Notes under the pieces: model-generated
What the model was told of the DNA's origin: nothing
The model's input: the letters and a program-made list of their open reading frames with translations, nothing else
Database searches by the model: none
In this document: positions 15,838 to 29,739 of the stretch, piece after piece
Layout of the letters: each line of letters begins with the position of its first letter
Position numbering within the stretch: position 1 is the stretch's first letter
Position numbers and translations under genes: made by a program
Assembly (NCBI RefSeq): GCF_009914755.1
Contig: NC_060930.1
DNA from: the human T2T-CHM13v2.0 reference genome, Homo sapiens
DNA: 64,000 nt
Reading direction: 5' to 3' (one strand)

Positions 15838-17589
15838 TGAACAGTCTCTAGAGAAGCAGTGCTGGGAGTGACGAGTCACACTGCAGATAAAGGAAGAGCA
15901 CAGAAATAATAAAGGACTAAATGTTTTAGAGATTTATTTTGCTAAAAAGGACAGGCTCTTTAGGAAGTTCTGTGAATAAAGACTGAAAATCTTTGTTAGT
16001 TTGTAGAGAGTCACACATACCATGCTAAGGGATTTATACTATGGACAAACTTACTGAAAGTGTTTGAAACTTGAACTGATACTATGGAATAGGAAGGGAT
16101 AGTCTAACCATGCCATGCTATGGATAAGGGTTCCCCAATCCTAGGAAAGTAAGGACACTTGCCCACAGCCATATAGCTAATTAGTAAAAGAACCAAGTTT
16201 AACATCCATTCTCTGATTCTAAATTCAGATTTGTCCAGCTACCCTATGATTTGGGAAGATTAATGTGGAAGTGGTGCACAGCATGGATACCATGGTGGGG
16301 AGGCCAGAAATGGGGGGCCCAATTTAGAGGATATCCTTTTTTCTAAATGAAGGAGGAAAGACTCTGAATTAGATCAGTTATTAGAAGAAACAGATAATTA
16401 TGTGATTGGTGTTAGAGGGTCCTTTCTCATTCCTTCATAATTCCATATACAAGAAATTCAGCTAAATTATACTCCTACCTCTGATGAGATTGGGAGGAAA
16501 AAATGAACATGTGTAGCTTCACATCACATTATCTCTCCTTATTTTCCTCCTCTGCTGTGCAGTGAGGAGGGACTGTGGTGGTCAAACTTAGCTTTGACTG
16601 CGTGGATGAGTTTGATTCTGTGTCAGGGAGGAGAGTGTTAGTTAGCATGCTCATGTGGCCATAAAACAAGCCACATTTTTAAACTCACTATTATCAGTAA
16701 GAAAGCTATTACCTAGTTACCATGTGTGTCTTTCATGAGTCTTATTTCTCAATTGGCTCTGAACTCAGGAGAAGAAAGACTGGTTATTTATTATCCCCTT
16801 CAAATAGTACTGAAAGGAGTAGAGGCTGTAAAAAGAGAATTATAGAATTTTAAAATGAAAAAAACGAAACAAAACAAAACCTCAGAAATCATCCAGGTCA
16901 ACACCTTCTATTTAAACAAAGAGGAACTGAGTTCCAGAAAGTTTGACATACCTGCATTTAACTGTTGAATCGACCTCAGAGATCTTTCTCCTACTAGATT
17001 ATGGATTAGATGGTAGTGGGAAAAGAACAAACTACAAATAGAAATAAGAAACTAGCAGCATGAGCAGCAGGAAAATGGAAATGTCAGCCCGGAGCTATTA
17101 AATTGTTTAAGAGATTTAGTTTTCTTCAGGAAATTTTTCTGTTTTGGTAACCAAATGTCTTGCTAATTCATTTATGCTTTCCACCTTTAATGGTATGTAT
17201 TGAAAGTCCTTCCCCTCCTCCATGTCACATAAACATGTACTGAGAAAATACAAGTAAATATAGAGAATGCAAGTAAACTTACATGGCATGCATAGAAAAT
17301 ATAGATAAATACTTATGGCTTAATTTTTTAATAAAGATTTTAATCTAACTGGAATTTTGGTATATGGTTTGAATTAGGTGTTTAAATATTCATATCAAAA
17401 TATTATTTACTGGAAAATCCATCCTTTTCTTATGATTTAAAGTGCCAGCTGTATCATATACCACCTCATATATGCCTGGGACTATTTCTGAACTGCCCTT
17501 TTTGTCCATCAATTTGTCTGGCTGCATCTTTGACAGTTCCACTCTATTGTAGGCAGTATTGGACTTCACATGAAAATCATCATAGTCAG

Positions 17590-17800
17590 CATGGGAAAAG
17601 GTCAGGCGTTGGATTCCAACATATGTGGGTTTGAATCCTGGCTATATCACTTATAGAGGTATGTCCATAACTAAGTGAATGGACCCTCTTTGAGCCTCAG
17701 TTTATTCATCTGAAGAGTAATAAGAATTACTCCTAACTGACAGAATTGCTCTGAAGACCAGAGAAAATACATATAAAGTGCTTGCTACTCTTTCCTGCAC
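17590..17800 (+). mobile_element. MIR SINE remnant
   Basis: GGGTTTGAATCCTGGCT..CTTTGAGCCTCAGTTTATTCATCTG. Confidence 0.7.
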
Positions 17801-18597
17801 AAAGAGAAGAGCTACCATTATCATTGGCTTCTGAATGATGGGGAAAGAGATGAGGTTTATGAGGGACAGAGAGAAGAGGAAGCCCAAGAACAGTGCTTTG
17901 AAGGATACTTTATTTAGAAGAGAAGAGGGAGGCAGAGGAATCTGAAAGAAATAATGGAATGTTAGAAGAGGGGAAAAAGAAGTGTCAGGCTAAAGAAGGG
18001 GGAAAAAAAAGATTAGTCAATAGTGTCAAATGTCTTGCATCAGTCCAGAGAGATGAATGCTGAGAAGAGGCTAGTGTTTAGAGTGTCACCTTTTACTTCC
18101 TTTAAGATGACATTTTCAGGGTTATGCCTGGGCTGAAGCCAGGAAAGTGTCATCATGGTTAACTCCATTTTCTTGTTCTTATTGGCCTGTTTATTTTAAC
18201 TGACCTTATGTGTATCTGTATGTTATGACTGTTTGTGAGAAACCAAAGTCAATTCAACATCAGCCATCACCAACCTGAGAGTCTTCAGGACCACTGCTAC
18301 AACTCATCCCCCAACCCAATAAAGCAAAGCCCAGGTTTCCTAAGACGACATTTATAACCCTCATGATCTGAGCCTAAGGACTATCTCAACTTCATTCCCT
18401 GTCACTGTTTGTTATGTATCTTTTGCCCCATTCCAAAGGAACCTGTTCTTACACACTGCTCTGCCTTTTCTCAAGCTACTGTTTACCTATGTGGAATGTT
18501 AGCTCCCTATATTCAAGGCCCTGGTCCAATGCCACTGTTTTCACATGGCCCTCCTTTTCTTGGCTAAAAGAAATATTCAATGTTTCATTTTCAGTCT

Positions 18598-18839
18598 TTC
18601 GAGACCAGCCTGGCCAATGTGGTGAAACCCCATCTCTACTAAAAATACAAAAAAAAAAAAAAAAAATACACACACAAAAAAATTATCCAGGAATCATGGC
18701 GCATGCCTGTAGTCCCAGCTACTCAGGAGGCTGAGGCATGGAACCTGGGAGTCAGAGGTTGCAGTGAGCCGAGATCTGGCTACTGCACTCTAGCCTGGGC
18801 AACAGAGCAAGACTCCGTCTCAAAAAAAAGAAAAAAAAA
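18598..18839 (+). mobile_element. 5'-truncated AluS with internal deletion
   Basis: TTCGAGACCAGCCTGGCCAA..GACTCCGTCTC plus A-tail. Confidence 0.9.
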
Positions 18840-18972
18840 TGTAATGGGAATTCTCAGGCCCTATCCCTCCAGTGGTCTAGAGTAGAGTCTAGGACTTTGT
18901 ATTTTGACCTGCATTCTAGCTGATAATGATGCAGTAGTAAGGGACCGCACTGAGAAACATTTTTGTATTTAA

Positions 18973-19003
<31 letters not shown>

Positions 19004-19291
19004 ATGGGTCTCACTCTCTTACCCAAGCTGGCTGGAGTGCACTGGCGTGATCATAGTTCACTGCAGCCTTGAACTCCCGGGCTCAAGATATTTCTCCTGC
19101 TGCAGGCTTCTGAGTAGGTAAGACTACACACACATGCCACTACACCCATCTAAGTTATTTTATTTTTATTTTGTAGAGATGGAGTTTGCTATATTGCACA
19201 GACTGGTTTTGAACTCCTGGTCTTCAAGTTATCTTCTTGCCTTGGCCTCCCAAAGTGCTGGGATTACAACCCTGAGTAACCATGCCTGACC
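18973..19291 (-). mobile_element. AluJ element
   Basis: Long poly-T plus diverged antisense dimer; TSD CATTTTTGTATT at 18958-18969 and 19292-19303. Confidence 0.92.
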
Positions 19292-22049
19292 CATTTTTGT
19301 ATTCTTTAAGGGAGTTATTTCTTTCTACTTTGTATTACACACTACATGTTTTGCAGAATGGTCTCTGGAACAACTTGCCTGTATCTGTCCTAGCTTACAC
19401 ATGTTTCCGATGAATTGAATTTCTGTGCACCAAGGGTTTTAAAGTTGGAAAGGGGCTCTATGTTGGTTGGTGAACCACATCCAAAGAGGGAAGCAGCATT
19501 AATTATCCATCTTCCTCTCCTCCCAGCTATGGCTCCAGGGTAGGACCTTAACAGGTGCAAGAATGCCTCTTGCTCAGCATGACAGACATTGGTGATGACT
19601 TGAGTCACAAAGATGGTCACATAATCATCTGAACAGGAAGGAAAATCCTGCTATAGTGTCAGTGGAATTGTGTAAGTGTAATTGTGTCAGTGGAATTGAG
19701 TTTGGGTGAGCCAGTCCAGAAACTATTCTACATAACTTTTTTACCTTGGAGATGAAGACTTTTGAGGGAAGGATTTGTGTCTGGTTTGTATTAGTCTTCA
19801 CATAGTATTCAACACATTTCTGTTGAATGAAAAAGAGAGTAAATATATGCTACTTTGATCTGGGAAAACAAGCACATTAGTACTCTGAAGCCAATTCCAA
19901 GATGGGTTGGGAGGGAGTGACTTTGATTAAATGACTTATCCCCACATGTGCTCTGTTCTTTTTTTGTAAATGGAAACTTGTGATGCCTGTCTACTATATA
20001 TTTTACTTTTTTAAAAAAACCATAAGGTATGTTAAGCCTCTTGGCTATGTGTATTTCATAAACATTTTGCATTATTAATAAGCTTTTACTTACAATTCAG
20101 TTATGTCTGCTAAATTCAATACTGTAAATCCACATCCAAGTTTATAAAGAATAATAAATTTGATGATTGCTTCTTGCATTTTGCTTGAAAAGGGTTATTC
20201 TAGCTATTTCCTTAATCATACTTCTTTAGAGAAATTAAGGACCATGGGAGACCAGGTAACATAATTTTCAAAGAAATTTCTGTCAAGTCTTGTTTCGAAC
20301 CCCATTTTCTGCCCTGAGCTTCAGCTTTCTTATCCGTAAACTGGAGTTAATACCTGCCTCTTAGGAGAGTGAAGATAAAATAAAATAATGTATGCAATGT
20401 GTGGGGCTTGGCCTGTTATTATTTGGCAGATGCAAAGGCAGATACACTGAAAGGCTGAAATGGAATTGCTATTGGAAAGTGAACTAATCAAAAGGCACCT
20501 TGAAATCTGTACATTGATTTAGAAAATTTAAATTGCAACTTTTCTTAAATATGTAGTATGCAAATCATTGTACAATTGTATTCTGAAGAATAGTAGCAAG
20601 TGGTAATAATTTTTATTATCTCATGCCACCTGGTGTCTTGACCAAGTTACTACAATCCGTAATTGTGACTTTTTTGGGCGGGTGGTGGGGTTTGTTTTCT
20701 TCTGTTTTCCAGAGAGATAAGGCATCTTCCATAATTATGAATTCTTAATAAAAACAATCCTAGTTAATATTACTAGACTTTTCTTCTGGAACTGGCACAT
20801 ATACATCTTTTACATGTGTTTACACATGTAAATTAATTCAACAAATACTTATTGAGCGATTGGTATGTACAAGTAACTTGTATGTATCATGTGATTTTGT
20901 CATCATGACATCCTTCTAGGTAGTTTTAATGTTCTCTCCATGAGACTTGACGGGTTAAATGATACACTCAAGGTCATTCAGCTAGAAACAGAGCTGGTAT
21001 CTAAACCAATTACTTATCTCACTGTGTCTATTATAGCATATAACAGTTAATTTACACTAACTTATTTGTACAGCCAGTTTTCTTTTACAAGATGATCCTT
21101 TGAATATAGCAACCCTATGAAGAATCTTTAATAGAGTTGCTTTCTTTGGGGCTGAATGTTTATTCCATTTTAATTTCTCTTTTAAGTTTTATCTTTTTGT
21201 TATATCTTTTAGTTATATCTCTTTGAAAGACTTTTTAGTGGTTGCTGTAGGAATTGTAAGGAATTATTGCTCTAGGGGTCTCATTCTTAACGTATCACTT
21301 CTACTTAGATTTAATATCATATTACTTCATGCAAACTGTAAGAACCTTGGAGAGTATAATTCCATTTATACTCCACCCTTTATCCTATTATTGTCTTATA
21401 TTTTACATGTAAATACATTACAAACCCCACAACACAGTGTTATAATTTTTACTTCATTTATTTTATTTTTTTATTTTTGTTTAAAGATGGGGTCTTGCTA
21501 TGTTGCCCAGGCTGGTCTTGAACTCCTGGGCTTAAGCAAACCTTCCACCTCAGTCTCCCAAAGCACTAGGATCATAAGAGTGAACCACCACATCCACCTA
21601 TAGTTTTTACTTTAAATACTCATTTGTCTTTTAATGGAATTAAGACATGAAAAAAGATGATACCTTTTATATTTCCTCACCTACTTATGGCTTTTGATCC
21701 TTTTCACTCCTTTCATCTAAAAATCATTTCCTTTCTTTCATTTCTGGTCTGGTAATTTGATTCTTCTCTTTTTCTCTTGGTCAATCTAGCTTAAAGTTTG
21801 TCGATTTTTTTTGATGTTTTCAAAAAACCTAGCTCTTGTTTCCTTCCTTCTGATTGCTTTAGACTTAGTTTATTCTTTTTTCCCCCCGGTGTCTTAGGCC
21901 AGGAATTTGGGTTATTGGTTTGAGATCTTACTTCTTTTTAAATCAGGCATTTACAGTTGTAAATTTTCCTCTAAGCACTACTTTAGTTACATATGTTTTA
22001 ATATGTTGTATCTTCATTTTTATCCATCTGTAAGTATTTTCTAATTTCT

Positions 22050-22434
22050 TGTATCAGTCTGTTGTCACACTCTTATGAAGAAATACCTGAGACTGGGTAA
22101 TTCATAAAGAAAAGAGGTTTAATTGGCTCACAGTTCTGCGGGCTGTACAGGAAGCATGGCCGGGGAGGCCTCAAGAAACTTGCAATCATGGCAGAAGGTG
22201 AAGGGAAGCCAGCACATCTTATGTGGCTAGAGCAGGAGGAAGAGAGATGGGGGGAGGTGCTACACACTTTTTAAACAACCAGATCTTGTGATAACTCACT
22301 GTCGTGAAAGAACAGCACCATGGGGGGAAATCTGCCCCCACAATCCAATCACCTCCCACCAGGCCCCACCTCCAATATTTGGGATTACAATTTGACAAGA
22401 GACTTGGGCTGGGACACAGACCCAAACCATATCA
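22050..22434 (-). mobile_element. MSTA-like MaLR solo LTR
   Basis: Reverse complement starts TGATATGGTTTGG and ends ..ATACA; GAAATACCTGAGACTGGGTAATT motif; 5-bp TSD TTTCT/TTTCC. Confidence 0.9.
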
Positions 22435-22534
22435 TTTCCCTTTGATTTATTTTTTGACCCATTTGATTTGTAATTTAATTCTTTATTCCATTGTGGTCAG
22501 AGGACATACTTTGCATTATTTCTATTCTCTTTTT

Positions 22535-22700
22535 CCTTTTTGTTTTAGAGATGGGGTCTCACAATATTGCACAGGCTGGAGTGCAGTGGCTATTTACAGG
22601 TGTAATCATAGTGTACTACAGCCTGAAATCCTGGGCTCAAGTGATTCTCTTGTCTCAGCCTCTTGAGTAGCTAAGGCTATAGGTGGACACCACCATGCAT
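22535..22700 (-). mobile_element. Fossil Alu monomer (FAM)
   Basis: Carries the 7SL-derived segment GCAGTGGCTATTTACAGG, which dimeric Alus lack. Confidence 0.75.
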
Positions 22701-24739
22701 AACTCTTTCTATTATTTTAAATGTATTGAGGTTTACTTTATGGCCTAACACATACTGTATCTTGGAGAAGGTTCTATATACACCTGAGAAAAACATATAG
22801 TCTGGTGTTTTTAGGTGGAGTGTTCTATAAATACCTGTTAGGTCTAGTTGGTTTACAGTGTGTTTAAGTCTTCCATTTCCTTGCTGATTTTCTGCCTCGT
22901 TGTTCTACCCACTATTAAAGTGAGTTATTGTAGTTCCAACCATTGTTGTAGAATTGTCCATTTCTCCCATCATTTCTGTCAGTTTTTGCTCCGTGTATGT
23001 TGGTACTCTGTTGTTAGGTGCATATATGTTTAAAATTGCTTATATTTTCCTTATGAATTGACCCTTTTGTCTTCATAAAAGTATCCTTCTTTATCTGTAG
23101 AAACCGTATTTTTGTTTTAAAGTCTATTTTTTTCTAATATTAGTATAGCCTCTCTACCTTTCTCATGGCTGGTGCTTGCAAGATATATCTTTCTATTCTT
23201 TTACGTTTAAGTATTTGAATCTAAAGTGTGTCTTCTGTAGACAGCATTTATTTGGATCTTGATTTTTCATCCAGTTTAACAATCTCTGCTTTTTATTGTC
23301 TATGTTCTTTTTTTACCTCTGTTAAAATGATTACTTTTTCCATTTACCTCTGTTAAAATGATTACTTTTTCCTTTTTCAGTCTGTTGATATGGTGAATTG
23401 CATTGCTTGATTTTCAAATGTTAAATCAACCTTACATTCCTATGAATTCTTATGTCCATTTGGCCTTGTTATACTGTTATTTTTATATATTGCTTTATTA
23501 TATTTGCTTTTTTAAAGATTTTTGCATCTATCCTCATGAGGAATATTTGTAGTTTTCTTTTCTTATAGTGTCTTTATCTGATTTTAATATTAGGTTAATA
23601 TTATCATAAAATGAGTTGGAAAATATTACCCTCTCTTCTATATATTGGAAGATTTTTTTATATAATTGGCATTATTTCTTACTTAAATGTTTGGTAGAAT
23701 TCACCAACGAAGCAATCTGGGCTTGAAGTTTTGTTTGTTGGGACATTTTAAGGTATAAATTTAGCTTCTTTTGTAGATTTAGGACTATTCAGATGATCTT
23801 TCTGCTCCAAATAAAGCTTTCTCTAGACTCCCTCTACCTGTGTGAGCCAAATGTTGTCTGTTTATTTTTCATTTTCCCATAAATTTTTAGTTTGTAGATG
23901 TCTCTGTCCTAACTATGCTGTATATGTAAAATGTGTGTGTTTAATTTGCTCCCCTTTACTCTTTCTTTTTAAAAGAGAGGATATAAGAATATTCAACTTT
24001 ACCACCATTTTCTACAGAAATTCCTAAGTATATTTAAGTAGTCTTCTAGTGGCAATTTTCCAGTCTATGTTGAAGAATTCAGAGGAAGTACTTTCATAGT
24101 GGGTTTTTTTCTTTTCTTTTTTTTAATGACTAGAGGGACCACATGGGTACTTCCTGGGCAGGATAACTATATAGTCATTAGGTCTTTTTTTGGCTTCCAA
24201 GCATCAATTCTCCCTTTGGTTGGTAGCAGTCCCTTGAGTTATGTCTGGGAAATCTTTTTTACTTTGTATATAGTCTTGGTCAGTAGGATACCCTACTGTT
24301 CCTTAGTCAAGGGATAGTAATGAACTAATCTAAGCTAGTCAGATTCTCTCTCCTAAAAACTGAATCTTGAGCAGAATCACATAAAGACATTGGAGCCAAT
24401 TCATCCTATGAGTTTTAATATTCTCACACATTTCTAAATTAACTCCTGTTACCTGAATCTCTGGGGCCATCCTGGTTTCTGTTCTTTCTGAGGCTGCTTT
24501 TTTTCTTCAATTTTTGTGGGCCATCCTGTATTTTGAAAAGTAATCATAATTCTGTGTAAGTTAGCAAGAAGTGATTTCAGTAGTTGTGACCTAATAACCC
24601 TACTTAATAAAAGAGTGAGTGGGGAAAGGTGGTAGCTGTTCTTTTCTGGACAGAGAACACAGTGTATATAAAGGCTGTTTGTTGTTTATAGGGTTTGTGT
24701 GATATGTGGACTATTTGTATCAAAGACACTGGATGGGGG

Positions 24740-24872
24740 AAAGCTTATTAGAAATGCAGATAGTCTACCCTAGGCCTACTGAATAAGAATTTCTCAGCGT
24801 GGGGCCTAGAGAATCTAAAATTTGAACAAGTTTCTCAGGGATTACTCTGAGAAATAAATTTGAGAAACACAG
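24740..24872 (+). mobile_element. MER5-type MITE fragment
   Basis: TTAGAAATGCAGA..CCTACTGAATAAGAATTTCT..GGGGCCTAG..AACAAGTTTCTCAGG..TTTGAGAAACAC. Confidence 0.65.
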
Positions 24873-27061
24873 CATAAGACCACACATTTTGAAATATGAA
24901 AAATACAGACTGGAAAACTTTAAACTGCTTAAACTCAGCTTAGTCAGTTTAATCTCTTTGATCCTGTTTTCTCATCTGTAAAGTGACTGTAGCAAGACCT
25001 TGTCATCAAGTTGTTTTAAGAGATTAAAATGTGCATAGAAAAGATTTTGGTGTTTCTTCAGTAGAGGAGAGTTGCATCAGTTTTAAGTGTTTAGATTCCA
25101 AAACCTAAGTGCAAGATAAAACTTGTGACTAGCTAAAATTACAGTTGACAACAGTTTAAATCCACAATAATAATGTGTAGCTACATTTATGCATCATGTT
25201 GTAGAAAAATGCACTTTTAGTAACTATATTACTGAGAATGTTTCCTGAAGAGTTAGGATATGTTAGAATAGCTGAACACCATGTAAAGTAGGTTTGTGAT
25301 TAGAAGCCATGTTCTATTTTTAAAAGATAAAAATATACACTGTTAAATTGTTTCTCAGTCATGCTCCAGGTGAAACAAGTATGGAAGAAGGACAGGTGAT
25401 TCTCCATGTAGTGTCATTCCAGTAACAGCTTATGGATGCTCTAGTTTCTGAAATGTTACTACCTGATGAGGCACAGGAAGAGAACTAGAGAAATGGCTAC
25501 CAGGTGCTAAATTCTTCCACCCAAGAATGCCCGTCTGTACTTGTGGTCAAATTCATTGACTGGCAAATCAAGACACATTGCTATGCCTGATTTCAGGTGG
25601 CTAGGGAAGTTCAATCTACCTGAGTTCCTAAAAGCAGAGGGAATAGAAACATTTGTATCAACACTGTTTTCCACATGGGGTCTGGATATTAGCATGTTTG
25701 AAAGCTCCCTAGGTGATCCTAACGTGAAGTCAAGGCGGAGCACCACTGGTCCAGGGCTTACACTGTTTGAAAAAAAAAAGGAAAGAATCAATTGCTCTAC
25801 TTAAAGTCTCATGTGAATTTGGGTAGGTTAAATGTGTGCATCATGTGACATAGGCTGACTTCTATTTTACCTGTGTTTAGGAGTGGCTTTACATGGTGAG
25901 GAAATCAAATTGTCAAGGGTCTTTGGTGGTGACCACTGCCTGTCTGCCCCTTTGCTCTTCTCTCTTTTTCCACACTGGTCACCACCTGGTGTTCCCAATA
26001 AAGTTTGTGATGGAGGTAAGGTAAGATATGGGTCTCAAATTTCTTTTGTCCCAATATTCACAATTATGTAAGCCATAGTTTTAATTAAGCTTTGAGAAAC
26101 CTAGCAGTACTCATAAATTACCTGGGGAAGTTTTAAAAAATCACTACTGCCGGGCTGGTATGTATTTTTACAGATGAGTAGCTCTCTCTAAAACACTGTT
26201 ATACATACAGGCAGATATTAACATTTGTAGCCGTTTTCTGAGCCATTGATTGTATCTAAATCCTTCCCCTGGGCTGAGCCCAAACTTCCAATAATGTCAC
26301 TTTTTGATGCCCTTTCTTCAGTGACTGGCTTACACGGCTTCTGTCTACATAGCATGGTTCAAAGTGCTTGGAAGACTGATCACAGTGCATCTCAAGCCCC
26401 TGCAGGAGATAAGAAGCCAGAGAGAAGTTGCCAAGATGCCGAGGAAGGGGAAGAAGGAATAACTCACATGCTGGATGGGACAGCTGGCTTAGACCAGGGG
26501 TTGGCTTAAAATAATGTTGATTGAAACACTGTCTCTGGCACATGCAAGGCTCTCAGTACACACTAGTGAATAGTAGAATCAGAATTCTTAAAATTAGAAG
26601 TACGCTAAACCACCTGTAAATGAAGCATAAATCCTCCCAAGAGGCTCCCTCAATAGTGTTCATCCATTTCGTGCTTGACTATTTCAGTAATAGAGAATTC
26701 ATTACTTCCCATGACAGTCTACTTAATAAGAAGCTCTTTATATTACACTAGAATTTGCTTCTTCCTGTTTCTTATTCTTCCCTCCGGAGCTAAATAGTAA
26801 ATTTAACCCCTCTACAAGGGAGCCCATCAAACTTTGAGGGAGAGTTAATACATCACTTTTAAAATCTTATCTAGACCAAATATCTCTAGATTTTTAACCC
26901 TTCTCCAAATGACTTTAGGTCATATTTGAAGAAATCCACAAAACACTTTATAAAAACTCTTTAACCATGTAAACATCCTCCTAATAGTTTATCAAAAGCA
27001 TCCATAGTTTATCAAAAGCATTCATCCAGTTAGCTTCTGTTCCTGCAACCAAGTCTCTGAC

Positions 27062-27511
27062 TGTTATGCCCCTGTCCCCTGAAAGATATGTTGAGCTTGA
27101 CACTCCCCTACCCCCAAACCCAGTACCTAACCCCTGGCCCTCAGAATTTAAGCTTATTTGGAAATAGGGTCATGGCAGATGTAATTGATTAAGTTAAGAT
27201 GAGGTTAGATTGGAGCAGTGTGGGCTTCTAATCCAATATGACTGGTGTCCTTATAAAACGATAGCTGTGCAAAGATATGGAGACGGCATGTGGTAACAAA
27301 CGCACATACTGGATTTATGCAACTGCAAGCCAAGGGATGACAAAGAATTCCAGAGAACCAACAAAAGGGAAAAGAAGAATTTTCCTACAGGTTTCAGAGG
27401 GCGCATGGTCCCACTGACACCTTGATCTTGGACTTGATCAGAATCGCAGACAATACGTTCCTGCAACCAGTTTGTGCTGCTTTGTGACAGCATCCCTAGG
27501 AAACAAATACA
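27062..27511 (+). mobile_element. MLT1 (B/C-like) MaLR LTR
   Basis: CTTATTTGGAAATAGGGTC..TAATCCAATATGACTGGTGTCCTTATAA..CCCTAGGAAACAAATACA. Confidence 0.8.
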
Positions 27512-27908
27512 TTGGCTTTGAGTATATTCTGGACTTTCTTTTGATTCCAACAGGATCATTCCACTTAGTAATTCAGTGAAGTAAGGAAAATCAGGGAGCT
27601 TTTCCATTATCCCGAGTCCTTAGTTGAAACCGATTTCATATGAACAGAGTCTGTGAACTAATACACTGGATGTTAAACATGCTGTAGGGGGAATGAATCT
27701 CTTCATCAACATATTTAGATGGGCAAATATAACTTTATTTTTCTGTAATTTAATTTTTAAATAATAGTGCTACTGATATATAATTTACATATCATGAAAT
27801 TCATCCTTTTAATGTACAATTCACTGGTTTTTAGCATAGAGCAAAGTTGTGCAACCATCAACATTACTTAATTTTAGAACATTTTCATCACTCAAAAAAT
27901 AAACTTTA

Positions 27909-28258
<350 letters not shown>

Positions 28259-29436
28259 CTACCTCCTGTCTCTGTTGATTTGTCTATTCTGGACTTTTTA
28301 TAAATGTAATTGTATAATATATAGTATTTTAAACTGGCTTCTTTCACTTAGCGTAATGTTTTCAAAGTTCATCCATGTAACACTACTTAATTACTCTTTA
28401 TTGACAGATAATATTCTATTTACAGATATATCAGTTTTGTTTAACCATTCATCATTTCATGGGTATTTGGATTGTTTCCACTTTTTTGCTATTATGAATA
28501 GTGCAGCTACGAATATTTGTGTACTAGCTTTGGTGAATACACCTTTTCATTTTTCTTTGTTATATACTTAGGAGTGGAATTGCTGGGTCATAAGATAATT
28601 ATGTTTAAAAAAACAAAAAAGGAAGAGAAATAGAAGAACAAAATTAAAAAGATAACTGTGTTTAACATTTTGCGGAACTGTTTTCCATAGCAGCTGCATC
28701 ATTTTACAGTCCCACCAGTGATGCACAATGGTTCCAGTTGCTATACAGCCTCACCAACACATGTTATAGATTTCTTTTTATTTTAATCATCCTAGTGGAT
28801 ATGAAGTGGTATCTCATTGTGGTTTTGATTTGTATTTCTTTAATGACTATTGATGTTGAGAATCTTTTCTTATGTTCATTGGCCACTTGCATATCTTCTT
28901 TGGAGAAATGTCATTCAAATCCTTTGTCCATTTCTTTAAATAGGCTATGTTTTTTAGAGCAGTGTTAGGTTCACAAAAAATTTGAGAGGAGGGTACAGAG
29001 AATGTCCATATGCTTTCCCCAAATACAGAGCTTCCTTAATCATCAACATTTGCACTGCAGTGGCACATTTGTCACCATCAAGGAACCTACATTAACACAC
29101 AGTTGTCAACCAAAGCCCATAGTTTACATTAGGGTTCACTCTTGGTGGTGTACGTTCTATGCATTTGGACGAATGTATAATGACATATTTATATGTCCAC
29201 CATTATAATATCATACAGAATATTTTTCCTACCCTAAGAATCCTCTGTGATTTTCCATTTATCCCTTCCTGCTCCCAACCCTTGCAACCCCTCATCTCTT
29301 TTATTCTCTCCATAATTTTGCCTTTTCCAGAATGTCATATAGATGGATTCATATAGTATGTAGCCTTTTTAGATTGGCTTCTTTCACTTAGTCATATAAA
29401 TTTAAACTTCTTCCATGTCTTCTGATGGTTAAATAT

Positions 29437-29739
29437 TTTTTTTTCTTTTTTTTCTTTTTTTTGAGAGTCTCACTCTGTTGCCCAGGCTGGAGCACAGTTG
29501 CGTGATCTGGGCCCACTGCAACCTCTGCCTTCTGGGTTCAAGCGATTCTCCTGCCTCAGCCTCCTGAATAGCTGGGACTACAGGTGCACACCACCACGCC
29601 CAGCTAATTTTTGTATTTTTAGTAGAGACGGGGTTTCACCATGTTGACCAGGCTAGTCTCAAATTCCTGACCTCAGGTGATCCGCCCGCCTCGGCCTCCC
29701 AAAGTGCTGGGATTACAGGCATGAGCCACCACACCCAGC
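29437..29739 (-). mobile_element. AluSx element
   Basis: Antisense dimer with CCTCAGGTGATCCGCCCGCC. Confidence 0.93.

Larger units (their letters stand above)
21160..23810 (-). mobile_element. Cluster of old L1M fragments (3'UTR and ORF2) with FLAM, MST and FAM insertions
   Basis: T-rich + strand with antisense ORF2-like stretches (CATAAAATGAGTTGG..TGGTAGAATTCACCA); boundaries approximate. Confidence 0.65.
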
